A model generated the notes under the pieces. It did no database searches. It was not told where the DNA came from and saw only the letters and a program-made list of their open reading frames with translations. The position numbers were made by a program, and so were the translations under genes. This document shows positions 54,833 through 64,000 of a stretch of 64,000 bases of DNA, in pieces; position 1 is the first letter of the stretch, and each line of letters starts with the position of its first letter. Source of the DNA: a virus (lineage: Duplodnaviria; Caudoviricetes); IMG/VR virus record IMGVR_UViG_3300025913_000019; one strand, given 5' to 3'.

Positions 54833-56152
54833 ATGAAAGTCCCGAAGGCATGGGCCAACGGCAAGGCGCCGACAAGCCTCACCGCGTTCCAACTCGACGC
54901 ACACAACCTGGTGCCGAAGCCGGCCGCGCGTCTGGCCTCGAAGGTCGAGCCGACGAAGACCAAGATCGTGGCTCGTGGCGACACGCTGATCGAGCAGCCG
55001 GGCACCAAGATCGAAGCCGACGGTGACGTCGCGCGCTGGTGGGTCGAGATGAGCCCGGAGTCGAAGAAGGAGTACGTGGCCGAGCACCCGAACTCCAAGT
55101 ACGCGGACATGCACCGCAAGGAAACGGGTGAGAGCCCGGCTCCGAAGACCGACAACGAGGTCAAGCCTGCGGGTCCTGCCAAGGAGCAGCCGGCTCCGAA
55201 GTCCCAGCCGAAGAAGCACGGTCCCGGCCACAAGGGCCATGCACCTGCGCAGAAGCCGAAGGCTCCGAGCCAACAGCCGCCTGCCAGCGCCGAACACGAG
55301 AAGGTCGGCACACCGGACAAGGCTTCGGTGCTCAAGTCGCTTCACGACGATCCGCACATGCAGCCGAACAGCCCGGAGCGCAAGGGCGCCGTCGGCTTCC
55401 TGCGAAAGAAGACCGGCCACATCATCTCGCACCTGAAGAAGGATGCGAAGGAGTGGAAGGTCGCTGGCGTCGCGATGAAGAAGCTGGCGACCCGTCAGCC
55501 GCTCGATCATGCCGACAAGCACGCGATGGGTGCGGTCGCCGCCGACATCGCAGCCGTGACCGTGAGCCTGGCTCTGACCGGTGGTGCCGCTCACGGCATC
55601 GTCGCATTCCTCCAGCACTTCGGCACCCACATGGCGCAAGAAGCAATGCTGAAGGCCGCGATCAAGGGTGCAGCCGGTGCCGCAGCTCATGCGTCGGTCA
55701 AGGTCCTCAGCTCGGACCCGGAAGAAGATCGCGCGATGCAGAACGTCATCAAGGAGATGATGGACATGCTCGAGCACGGCGACCTCGAAGAGCTGGCGCG
55801 CAAGTTCGAGGCCGAAGCGCAGAAGGAAGGCAAGGGCGGCGAAGCCAAGAAGGAAATGCGCGAGGCCTCCGTGACTGCTACGACCTTCAACGATGCCATT
55901 CGCGGACTGCGCAAGGATTTCGTCGAGGTCAGCGCCAAGCTGGACATGAGCGCCGAAGTGGCCGGGGCTGGCAACTGCCCCGAGTGCAAGAAGCCCATGA
56001 CCATCGCCCTCGTGTCGGCCACCGGCGCAGACGGCGACGAAGCCCCGAGTTACGCGTGCAGCGCCTGCCGCATCTCCATTCCCATCCCGGACGATCATGA
56101 CTACTTCAACAGCAACGCTCCTGAAAAAGAAGGCCAAGCTCAAGTCGGGTGA
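54833..56152 (+). CDS. Hypothetical (possibly virion) protein with C-terminal Zn ribbon
   Basis: WW..EYVAEHPNSKYA; CPEC..CSAC. Confidence 0.7.
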   Translation: MKVPKAWANGKAPTSLTAFQLDAHNLVPKPAARLASKVEPTKTKIVARGDTLIEQPGTKIEADGDVARWWVEMSPESKKEYVAEHPNSKYADMHRKETGESPAPKTDNEVKPAGPAKEQPAPKSQPKKHGPGHKGHAPAQKPKAPSQQPPASAEHEKVGTPDKASVLKSLHDDPHMQPNSPERKGAVGFLRKKTGHIISHLKKDAKEWKVAGVAMKKLATRQPLDHADKHAMGAVAADIAAVTVSLALTGGAAHGIVAFLQHFGTHMAQEAMLKAAIKGAAGAAAHASVKVLSSDPEEDRAMQNVIKEMMDMLEHGDLEELARKFEAEAQKEGKGGEAKKEMREASVTATTFNDAIRGLRKDFVEVSAKLDMSAEVAGAGNCPECKKPMTIALVSATGADGDEAPSYACSACRISIPIPDDHDYFNSNAPEKEGQAQVG

Positions 56153-56891
56153 CGGCCTCACCAAGGTGCCGCAACGCAAGACCGTGAAGCACGCCAACGA
56201 TGACATCCCCGTCAAGCGTCGCGCGCGGTCTCTCGTCATCGGCGGTACCGCCTCGAAGCGGAACCCCGCGGTCGAAGAGCTGGAACACGAGCGCGCGAAG
56301 AAGAAAAAGAAGAAGCCCAGCCACGCGCTCGTGATCCCGAAGCTGAAGAAGGACAACCTGCCGGCGCGACTGGAGAAGCCTGCGACCAAGCGCATCTCGA
56401 AGCTCAACCCGAACAAGCTGAAGTCGATCCTGGGCGACAGTGCCGAGCAGATCAACCAGCTGCTGGAGTCGGATGCGAACGAGAGTGCGCAAGCCCTGTT
56501 GCTGAAGCGCCTCGCGCAGGCCACGCTCGACATGCTGCCGTATGCGGAACACGCGATCCGCAAGACCAAGGGTGCGCGCGGCGTCTACCAGTACAACTCC
56601 CTCATCACGTCGATCCGTGAACTCGTGATCGACATGCAGTCCAGCCGTGACAAGGGAGCACTGGGCGACGCACTGATCGAGAAGATCCTGCGGCCGGTGT
56701 TCCTCGACATCGCGGTGACGCTGATGAAGGAAGACCAGATGCTGAACAACTCGGTCAAGGCCGTGACTTCGGTCGAGGTCGCGAAGCACATCGAGCAGGA
56801 GAAGAAGGCCTCGATGGTCCGCATCTCCGAGTTCATCCAGCGCAAGTACGACGACGTGAAGCGCGACACGATCTCGTTCCTGCAGCAGTGA
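56097..56891 (+). CDS. Basic N-terminus plus helical domain (possible terminase small subunit)
   Basis: Position between TerL and portal only; no motif. Confidence 0.55.
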   Translation: MTTSTATLLKKKAKLKSGDGLTKVPQRKTVKHANDDIPVKRRARSLVIGGTASKRNPAVEELEHERAKKKKKKPSHALVIPKLKKDNLPARLEKPATKRISKLNPNKLKSILGDSAEQINQLLESDANESAQALLLKRLAQATLDMLPYAEHAIRKTKGARGVYQYNSLITSIRELVIDMQSSRDKGALGDALIEKILRPVFLDIAVTLMKEDQMLNNSVKAVTSVEVAKHIEQEKKASMVRISEFIQRKYDDVKRDTISFLQQ

Positions 56892-56898
56892 GGCTCAA

Positions 56899-57399
56899 GT
56901 GAGCAGACGCAGAAGAACAAAGGCCATGAGCTACGGCGCGCTCGCGGCGGCGCTACCAAAGCGCAACACGAGTATCGCCGACAGCATCAAGCACGCGGTT
57001 GCGAAGTACTACGTGGGCAAGATGCGGATGTGCTTCTTCGAGATCGGCCTGGTCCCTGGTGGCAGACTCCGGGCCGATGTCCTTGCTCTGGCGATGAACG
57101 GCTACCTCGTCATCGTCGAAGTCAAGTCGTCGGTCGCTGACTTCCGGGCCGACAAGAAGATGGACCAGTACGAGGAGTACTGCAACCAAAGTTACGTGGC
57201 GATGCCGCAGGCCGTTTACGCAAAGGTTAAAGAGAAGGTCCTCCCAGGCTGGGGCGTCTTCATCATGACCGACGACGGTACTCGAATCCTGAAGGTGAAG
57301 GGCGCCAAGCCCTTTGAAGTTGAACCGGAGACCGCAAGAAGTCTCTACATCCGTGCCGCGTTCCGGTCTGCGGATACGAACGCGGCGAAGAGCAAGTAA
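56899..57399 (+). CDS. MmcB-like PD-(D/E)XK nuclease
   Basis: RADVLAL..IVEVKSSVADFRADKKM..YEEYCN. Confidence 0.75.
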   Translation: MSRRRRTKAMSYGALAAALPKRNTSIADSIKHAVAKYYVGKMRMCFFEIGLVPGGRLRADVLALAMNGYLVIVEVKSSVADFRADKKMDQYEEYCNQSYVAMPQAVYAKVKEKVLPGWGVFIMTDDGTRILKVKGAKPFEVEPETARSLYIRAAFRSADTNAAKSK

Positions 57400-57418
57400 A
57401 CCTCTCACGAGGTGCTTC

Positions 57419-57598
57419 ATGTTCACACGCCACCACCGTCCGACGCCCTCTGTTCTGGAGGCGCGACGTGAACGTCACCACCGCAAACAAGCGCTGCTCC
57501 GTGTGAGGCTGCGCGAAGAGTTTGTCGCTTTGATCGATGCCTTCCGCTCGGATCGTGTCGAAGATCGCTTCGATACTCCACGCAGCCTATACCTCTGA
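57419..57598 (+). CDS. Small basic hypothetical protein
   Basis: SD GAGGT. Confidence 0.4.
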   Translation: MFTRHHRPTPSVLEARRERHHRKQALLRVRLREEFVALIDAFRSDRVEDRFDTPRSLYL

Positions 57599-57614
57599 CA
57601 GCATAGGAAGACCC

Positions 57615-59531
57615 ATGTTCCCCAAGAATCGTGTGACCGCCGTGACCTCCAAGGGCGAGATCAAGACCACCGCAGACATCCCGGCGCAGAATCAAGTGCA
57701 GGCCTCGATCGGCGGCTCCAGCGGCACGTTCGGCACCTCGAACGTGAGCACGCAGTTCTACGCGGCCTCGCAATACAACTACCTGTTCTCCGGTCTGCTG
57801 CCTGCGACCCCGGACATCCCGGACTCGACGGCGCTGCAGTACTTCTACCGCGATATGTACCTGCACGACAACGTCGCAGGTTCGGCCATCGACATCCAGA
57901 GCGTGTTCCCGTTCAGTGACTGGGAGCTGCTGGGTCTCGAAGACCACGAGAAGGACGTGTTCGATTCGGCGCTGGCTCGCCTGAACCTGCAAGAGCTGAT
58001 GCCGCAGCTCAGCGTCGCGTACCTGACCGACGGCTTCTTCTGCGGCTCGCTCATCTACGACGCGGGTGCGAAGAACTTCATGGACATCCTGATCCACGAC
58101 GCGCTGCAGTGCGGCGTGAGCCCGAGCCCGCTCAACAACGTCGACCCGACTGTTCGCGTCAGCGTCAGCGGTCCGACGCTGCGCTTCCTCGACAGCGCCA
58201 CGGACTACGCCAAGGCCTACATCCGAACCATGCCGAAGGCGTTCGTGAATCTGCTGCGCGAGGGCTCGTTCGTCCTCGACCCGATCACGACGCTGTGGCT
58301 GGGCCGCCGCGGTCTCACGGATCGCGCGTACCAGTCGTACCTGCATCGCATCCTGCCGATGTACCTGATCGAGAAGACGATGTTCCGCGGCACGCTGATC
58401 GAAGCGCAGCGCCGCCAACGCGCCATGAGCCACATCACGGCCGGCGACGACATCTGGACTCCGACTGGTCAGGAGCTGCAAGCTCTGGTCCAGCAGTTCA
58501 TGGATGCCGAGAAGGACCCGCTCGGCGGCTGGCTGTCGACCCGCAACGCGGTGCAAGTCCAGGACCTTCGCCCCGGTGGCGACTTCTGGAAGTGGACCGA
58601 CATGGTCGACGTCATGAACAACTACAAGTACCGTGGCCTCGGCATCAGTGAAGCGCTGCTCAGCGGTGACGCGTCGTATGCAGCGGCCGAGTCGGCGTAC
58701 TCGACGTTCCTGGAGTCGACCAACGCGTATCGCACGCACCTGACCAACTCCATCTTCTACAAGAAGCTGTTCCCGCTCATCGCGATCTCGAACGAGATGT
58801 TCCGTGACCCGGCGAAGCGGAAGAAGACCGACAGCCTGGTCGACTTCATGTTCAACGCGTCGAACCGGCAGAACCTGAAGATCCCTGTCCTGCACTGGCA
58901 CAAGGACCTGACCGCGAAGTCGGAAGAGAACATGATGGACATGCTCGAGAAGGTCGAGCAGCACGGCGTGCCGGTGCCGCTGAAGATGTGGCTCGCGGCC
59001 GCCGGCGTCGACAAGGACACGCTGATCCGTGACGCGCGCGAGAACGAAGAGATCCGCAAGGAAATCTCGAAGTACATGAAGCTGCCTGACAACGTCGCGA
59101 ACAACGGCGAAGGCGGCGATGACATGAGCGGCGACGGCTCGGGCAACGACGAGTTCGGTGACGGTGGTGGCTCGGGTGACGACAGCCTGGCGCCGACGCA
59201 AGGTCAGAAGGCCGACGCGACTCAGCTGGCATCGGCTCTCCGGTCGAAGGTGCTGACGTCTACGTCTGCGAAGACCGGCCTCGGTAACTGGACGAAGGGC
59301 ATCCTGAACCGCGAGTTCACGCACGAGGAGTTCACCGAGACCGTGACCGGGAAGAAGAAGCACATCCCGTCGGCGGCACAGCCGCGCATGAAGGCGCGCG
59401 ACATGAATGCCCGCATCGCACGGCTGGCCGCGCAGGTCGAAGCGAGCCCGCACTATCGTCGCAAGCTCGCGGCCGAGAACCAGAAGCGCGGCATCGGTAT
59501 GCTGCGTGGTCTCCCCGGCACCGGCCTCTGA
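57615..59531 (+). CDS. Portal protein
   Basis: FYRDMYLHDNVAGSAIDI (T4 gp20-like N-terminal pattern); size and synteny with TerL. Confidence 0.7.
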   Translation: MFPKNRVTAVTSKGEIKTTADIPAQNQVQASIGGSSGTFGTSNVSTQFYAASQYNYLFSGLLPATPDIPDSTALQYFYRDMYLHDNVAGSAIDIQSVFPFSDWELLGLEDHEKDVFDSALARLNLQELMPQLSVAYLTDGFFCGSLIYDAGAKNFMDILIHDALQCGVSPSPLNNVDPTVRVSVSGPTLRFLDSATDYAKAYIRTMPKAFVNLLREGSFVLDPITTLWLGRRGLTDRAYQSYLHRILPMYLIEKTMFRGTLIEAQRRQRAMSHITAGDDIWTPTGQELQALVQQFMDAEKDPLGGWLSTRNAVQVQDLRPGGDFWKWTDMVDVMNNYKYRGLGISEALLSGDASYAAAESAYSTFLESTNAYRTHLTNSIFYKKLFPLIAISNEMFRDPAKRKKTDSLVDFMFNASNRQNLKIPVLHWHKDLTAKSEENMMDMLEKVEQHGVPVPLKMWLAAAGVDKDTLIRDARENEEIRKEISKYMKLPDNVANNGEGGDDMSGDGSGNDEFGDGGGSGDDSLAPTQGQKADATQLASALRSKVLTSTSAKTGLGNWTKGILNREFTHEEFTETVTGKKKHIPSAAQPRMKARDMNARIARLAAQVEASPHYRRKLAAENQKRGIGMLRGLPGTGL

Positions 59532-59534
59532 GCG

Positions 59535-59549
59535 CCAATTTTATGGCAA
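59535..59549 (+). promoter_or_regulatory. Candidate late-promoter motif CAATTTTATG.CAA
   Basis: Matches 54119 copy. Confidence 0.4.
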
Positions 59550-59595
59550 CCGCGGGCCCTTGATTGGGCCCGCCCTCCTTCAACCTGGAGTCCAC

Positions 59596-59853
59596 ATGAA
59601 GCTCAATGCGAAGTCTCGCCTGCAGGCTGACGATGCAGCAGCCGACGCCGACAAGAAGGCGAAGGAGAACATCGACAAGCGGATCGAGAACAACAAGCAG
59701 AAGGTCGAGCACCTGAAGCACTCGATGCCGAGCCGCGAGAACCGGCAGTCCGAGAACCAATTCCAACGCAACACGACCGAGAAGCAGATCAACCGCACGA
59801 AGGAGGAAAACTCCGACCTGCGGCTCCGCAAGTCTCAGATCGGGAACCACTGA
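59596..59853 (+). CDS. Small coiled-coil protein
   Basis: SD GGAG. Confidence 0.65.
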   Translation: MKLNAKSRLQADDAAADADKKAKENIDKRIENNKQKVEHLKHSMPSRENRQSENQFQRNTTEKQINRTKEENSDLRLRKSQIGNH

Positions 59854-59854
59854 C

Positions 59855-60115
59855 ATGTTCGCCTACCTCCTGGATGCCCGGATCAAACCGGAGTCCGCAT
59901 ACGAGTTCTTCACCTACCAAGGTGCAAAGCCGGTGACGGTCGACTTCCGTGGCAAGCCGATCACCATCAAGCAGGGCACGCGCTTCGGCGTCCGCCCGAG
60001 CTCGAATGGCAAGCACATCCGGCTCGTGTTTCCTCAAGACCAGACGCGCGTCATCACCATCGACCTGCCGACTGCCGAGCAGCTGGCCAAGGGCGTGAAG
60101 CGGGAGTCGAAATGA
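59855..60115 (+). CDS. Hypothetical protein
   Basis: TGACATG junction. Confidence 0.7.
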   Translation: MFAYLLDARIKPESAYEFFTYQGAKPVTVDFRGKPITIKQGTRFGVRPSSNGKHIRLVFPQDQTRVITIDLPTAEQLAKGVKRESK

Positions 60116-60537
60116 CCATCCACTCCGTCGGCATTCAGTACGACCAGATGAATGGCGACGTGGAGGTGCAGGTGCTGCGGGATCTCATGATCCTGCAAGG
60201 CACCTTCGGCAACGTGTGGGTCAACGACCCGGCCGGCAAGATGGACCCCGAGATGCTGAAGCGTATCGGAGTCAGCCGCACGTCCGATGCACCGGAGCTC
60301 ATCATCAACTACAAGGTGGGCTCCGAGTTCCTCCCCGTCGACCCCAACATGGAAGTCGTCGAGCGTGACCTGTCGCCACCGAACGGTGCGCCGACCCTCG
60401 ATGGTTCGGAGCGACCTGGCTACTACCTGAAGCCGCAAGGGCGCGACTGCACGAACTTCACCGAGCTGTACCTCAACCGTGCCCACCCGCGGGGCAACGG
60501 CGTGACTGATCCCCTGGTCATCTATCTGTGGTCCTAA
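60112..60537 (+). CDS. Hypothetical protein
   Basis: ATGA overlap. Confidence 0.7.
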   Translation: MTIHSVGIQYDQMNGDVEVQVLRDLMILQGTFGNVWVNDPAGKMDPEMLKRIGVSRTSDAPELIINYKVGSEFLPVDPNMEVVERDLSPPNGAPTLDGSERPGYYLKPQGRDCTNFTELYLNRAHPRGNGVTDPLVIYLWS

Positions 60538-60646
60538 GGCTGCTCCTGTTTTAAGGACGGCCTCCACAGCCTCATATCCTGGCGATTGGCTGTCGTCTGT
60601 GATTCACACTTCAGCCATTCTCGCTCTCAACTTCGCAGAGCAAACA

Positions 60647-61492
60647 ATGCCCTCCATCAACGATTACCTCGGTGTAGCGTCCTCCCTGAAAGGTACAGGG
60701 CTGACGCTCGCCAACCAAGTTGCACAAGGCAACGTCGAAGGCGGTGTCGCAGGCGCCATCGGATCGGTTCAGACACTGTCCGGCAGCCTCGGTTCCTTCG
60801 GCGGCACAAGCCTCGGCGATGACTTCGCTGGCATCAACGCGCGCGGCGATGCCGTGCAGTCGTGGTGCTGGTACGCCGTCATGCCTGACATCTCGAACAC
60901 GAGCGCTCTCAACGCCGGCGTCGTCTCTGGCACGAACGTGGGTGCCCCGCTGGTCGGTCTGCCCTGGTACTACGTGCAGACGGCCAACCTCCCGATGCGC
61001 CAGTTCGGCCTCGACACGATCAAGCGCAATGGCCACAGCGTGCACTATGCTCAAGGCTACGAAGTTGGGACGCTGAGCCTGGGCCTCTTCATGGACTCGA
61101 GCTCGAAGGCGCATCAGTACCTCAAGGCCTGGCAGGGTCTCGTCCTCGCCAACACGAATCCGAAGTCGGTCCAGAACCAGGGCAACTGGGGCTATCCGGC
61201 CGACTACAAAAAGGACATCGTCATCGTCGTCCTCTCGGTCGACAAGAAGGTGCTGCTGAACGTCAAGCTCATCAACTGCTGGCCGTCGGAGCCGACCGCC
61301 ACCGAGCTGACGAGCGGTGAGGCCACACCACTTGTCCAGACGGTAACTTTCGTCGTCGAGGATGTCGACATCACTGTAAATAACGACCGGGGTCTGCTGG
61401 ATACCCTGACCAGTACTGCGACCGGATACGCAACTTCGGCCCTGACTGGCGCCCTGAATTCCCAGCTCAACGACATCATCACGAACTTCTAA
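60647..61492 (+). CDS. Tail tube/baseplate tube-initiator-like protein (gp19/gp54 fold)
   Basis: ANLP..TLSLGLFMD..YLKAWQ..YPADYKKDI..LINCWPS..TVTF. Confidence 0.7.
   Translation: MPSINDYLGVASSLKGTGLTLANQVAQGNVEGGVAGAIGSVQTLSGSLGSFGGTSLGDDFAGINARGDAVQSWCWYAVMPDISNTSALNAGVVSGTNVGAPLVGLPWYYVQTANLPMRQFGLDTIKRNGHSVHYAQGYEVGTLSLGLFMDSSSKAHQYLKAWQGLVLANTNPKSVQNQGNWGYPADYKKDIVIVVLSVDKKVLLNVKLINCWPSEPTATELTSGEATPLVQTVTFVVEDVDITVNNDRGLLDTLTSTATGYATSALTGALNSQLNDIITNF
61373..61381 (+). promoter_or_regulatory. Internal candidate promoter ACTGTAAAT
   Basis: Rare ACT GTA AAT codons, 114 nt before next gene. Confidence 0.45.
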
Positions 61493-61494
61493 CC

Positions 61495-62628
61495 ATGACA
61501 GACTTCACCGCACCGCAACCGACACCTGGCTTCGAGTTCCCTGCGTCGATGAACGCGGATGTCATCGATGCAAAGCTGAAGCAGGGCATCCACAACCCGG
61601 TCGACTCGATGGCGAGGCCGAAACTCGAGTCCGTCAGGCCCGAGCGTCGCAAGCCCGTGATTCCCGAAATGGCGGCGCCACCGACGGTCATGCAAGCACC
61701 CGAAGCCGTGCGTCAACAAACGCAGGCGCTGGTGCAGCAGGCGCGCAAGATCGTGGACTCGGGCATCCAGCCCTTCATGATCGACAACGAGCACCCGCCG
61801 ATCACTCCGATCTCGGACCCGAACTACACGTCGATCGACCTGCCGTCGAAGTTCGTGTACTACCCGTTCAAGGACCTATACATCAAGCCGTTCCGGGTCA
61901 CGCACCTGGCGAAGTTGGCGAAGGCCAACGAAGTCGACTCGATGCAGCTGGTCTGCGAGGTCGTGTCGTCGGTGCTAATGACGCCGCAGGGCCACAAGAA
62001 CATCGGCTTCGGCCTCTCGGTCAACGACTTCAACGCGATCCTGTACTGGCTGCGGGCTCACAGCTTCGAGAAGCAGACGATGCGTGTCGTCACGCACTGT
62101 CAGAATCCGAAGCACCACGCGCTGGTCATCGACGGCAAGCTCCAGAAGGAGACGCTGAAGTCGGAGTCGGTGCACGACGTGTCGAAGCTCGTGACCAACT
62201 ACCTGCACAAGATCCCGGACCCCGAGGTCTACCACATCATGGTCACGCTCGGCAACGGAGAGACCAAGCGTGTCGATCTCCGGCCCGAGACCATGATGGA
62301 CAGCATCGAGTTCCTGGACGATCCGCGGTTCATCGACGAGGAGTTCCAGTACCTGGCGCGCATCGCCTCGATGCTGGACCTGGACACGCCGTTCCCGCTC
62401 ACCGCGGAGAAGGCAGGTGATCCGACTCGCTGGACGCTGCAGTCGAAGATCCAGGTGGTCGAGGAGTACCTGACCAACGAGCAGTGCCTGCTGGTGCTGC
62501 AATTCTCGGACCTCGTCGACGAGTTCGGCGTGGATGAACTGGTCGAAGTCAAGTGCAAGGAGTGCGGACACGTCGAGCTTACCAAGCTGACGATCGACGC
62601 ACGTACCTTTTCTGCCCCGCGTTTCTAG
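61495..62628 (+). CDS. Baseplate hub assembly/tail chaperone (T4 gp26-like)
   Basis: IDLPSK..YIKPF..D...ILYWLRAHSF..C; C-terminal CKECG; upstream of tape measure. Confidence 0.65.
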   Translation: MTDFTAPQPTPGFEFPASMNADVIDAKLKQGIHNPVDSMARPKLESVRPERRKPVIPEMAAPPTVMQAPEAVRQQTQALVQQARKIVDSGIQPFMIDNEHPPITPISDPNYTSIDLPSKFVYYPFKDLYIKPFRVTHLAKLAKANEVDSMQLVCEVVSSVLMTPQGHKNIGFGLSVNDFNAILYWLRAHSFEKQTMRVVTHCQNPKHHALVIDGKLQKETLKSESVHDVSKLVTNYLHKIPDPEVYHIMVTLGNGETKRVDLRPETMMDSIEFLDDPRFIDEEFQYLARIASMLDLDTPFPLTAEKAGDPTRWTLQSKIQVVEEYLTNEQCLLVLQFSDLVDEFGVDELVEVKCKECGHVELTKLTIDARTFSAPRF

Positions 62629-62644
62629 CTCGGAGCTTCAGTGG

Positions 62645-62791
62645 ATGAAGCGCAGCATCGCTCAGGAGCTGCACCTCAACGCTGAGGACATGCTATCGTC
62701 CGACCTCTTCTACTACACGGGCTTCGTCAAAGACGTGTGGAAGAAGAAGGCTGAGGCGGCGAAGAACGGGGAGCTCTACATCGGAGGTTGA
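62645..62791 (+). CDS. 48-aa chaperone-tail-like ORF (possible frameshift extension)
   Basis: Frame open from 62591; GGAG upstream of ATG. Confidence 0.55.
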   Translation: MKRSIAQELHLNAEDMLSSDLFYYTGFVKDVWKKKAEAAKNGELYIGG

Positions 62792-62792
62792 G

Positions 62793-64000
62793 ATGGCCAA
62801 GAAAGTCAAGGGTCCGTCGACAGCGGCGCGACCCGGACAGAAGCGGTCGGTTGCTGCGAACCAGGCGACTGATCGCCTGAAGAAAGCGCAGGACCTGTAC
62901 GACGAGGTCGAGTCCAACCCGCAAGGCCCTGACCTCAAGCACTTGATCTCGCAGGTGAAGGGTCTGGCCGAACAGCAGTCGAAGCAAGAGCAGCGGCTGA
63001 CCAAGAAGCAGATCAAGAACCTGAAGACCGAGCTGGATCGCGAGGCACAGCTGCAGGCGCGCAAGGAGAAGCTGCTGCAGGCCGAAGCCGAAGTCGCTGC
63101 TGAAGAGGCCGCCGAGAAGGAACAGGAGCTCAAGGAGCGCGAGGACGATCTCAAGACTGAGAAGGTCGAGCTGCCCAAGGCGAAGAAGGAAAAGGAGAAG
63201 AAGAAAAAGAAGGAGAAGGAGGTCTCCGACTTCGACAAGGCGCTCACCGACTTCCGGACCATGCTGGACAAGAAGCGCAAGAGCCTCCAGACGCTCAGCG
63301 GCAAGGACACGTCGAAGCTGAAGGCGGCGCTCCTTGGCCTGTGGCAGCTGTACCAGAAGCTGAAGACGAAGGTCAACGATCCCGACGGGTCGAAGCTCGC
63401 AGCCGCTGACAAGCACGGCAACGTCGACGAGATGCTGAAGGACTACAAGCGCGAGATCGACGCGATGGACCTCATGGCCCAGCGCAACGATCGCCAGCTT
63501 GCGGCTCACAAGGCCCGTCACCCGGACGCGAAGCCGACGGGCTACGACGACCTGTACCAGTCGAAGTTCTCCAAGTTCCTGGCTCTCGGGCGCGACGAGA
63601 AGGGTGGCGCGAGCCTCAGCCGGTCGATGATGAAGGCCGCTGCCATGTTCGGTCGCAGCCTCCAGAACAGCGCATCGAAGCTGAAGCCTTCGGAGCTCTA
63701 CGGGTCTGGCGTCAGCTGGGCTCTGAGCAAGGCAGGATCGAATCCGAAGGCGATCAATGCGATCCTCAAGGTCGACAAGAGCCTGCGCTGGGTTGGTGAG
63801 AACGTCAAGGACCTGGGCATCTCGACGGCGCAGTGGTTGCACAAGTCGATGTCGGACATCTTCGGCTACCTCAAGCGCAAGTGGAGCTCGCTCTCCAGCG
63901 GTGAGGGCATGGGTGCGCTGGGCAAGCTCGTCGGCCTCGGTGCTCTCTTCACGTCGCTGATCCAACCGCTGCTCGACGGCATCAATACCGAACTCGAGAA
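62793..64000 (+). CDS. Probable tape measure/tail-length protein (runs off window)
   Basis: SD GGAGG; long helical K/E/A-rich ORF open to window end; synteny. Confidence 0.6.
   Translation, partial: MAKKVKGPSTAARPGQKRSVAANQATDRLKKAQDLYDEVESNPQGPDLKHLISQVKGLAEQQSKQEQRLTKKQIKNLKTELDREAQLQARKEKLLQAEAEVAAEEAAEKEQELKEREDDLKTEKVELPKAKKEKEKKKKKEKEVSDFDKALTDFRTMLDKKRKSLQTLSGKDTSKLKAALLGLWQLYQKLKTKVNDPDGSKLAAADKHGNVDEMLKDYKREIDAMDLMAQRNDRQLAAHKARHPDAKPTGYDDLYQSKFSKFLALGRDEKGGASLSRSMMKAAAMFGRSLQNSASKLKPSELYGSGVSWALSKAGSNPKAINAILKVDKSLRWVGENVKDLGISTAQWLHKSMSDIFGYLKRKWSSLSSGEGMGALGKLVGLGALFTSLIQPLLDGINTELE

Overview
GC-rich 64-kb segment of a large lytic tailed (myovirus-type, jumbo-like) phage. All credible genes are on the + strand. 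The long minus-strand ORFs are antisense shadows. Layout: (1) 0.3-35 kb, mostly small early/accessory ORFs, including a GNAT-like protein, an RNAP alpha-CTD-like protein, a YfaP/DUF2135-like large protein, a TAXI-family solute-binding protein with two membrane partners, an acyl carrier protein, an H1-like protein, an AAA ATPase, a DenV-like glycosylase, a Nudix hydrolase and an MHFG-type PEP-CTERM protein. (2) 35.1-38.8 kb, an RNA-rich island: tRNA-Thr(UGU), a circularly permuted two-piece tmRNA (tag ANDEQFAQALAA), a non-canonical long-variable-arm tRNA-like gene, several unexplained stems and T-loop modules, GroES and a tiny secreted peptide. (3) 38.8-47 kb, accessory genes including two Tat-leader proteins, a GT-D-fold glycosyltransferase, a HExxH metallopeptidase and a HAD phosphatase. 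(4) 46.7-64 kb, a core block: SWIM protein, sigma-like factor, SSB-like protein with a long charged tail, RecA/UvsX, terminase large subunit, RuvC-like, MmcB-like, portal, tail-tube/baseplate genes and the start of a probable tape measure. A recurring AC(T/G)GTAAA(G/T) motif looks like a phage-specific promoter. The gene set suggests a RSL1/PaBG/Lu11-like phage of a betaproteobacterial host (inference). All family calls come from motif recognition by eye; no database searches were run.
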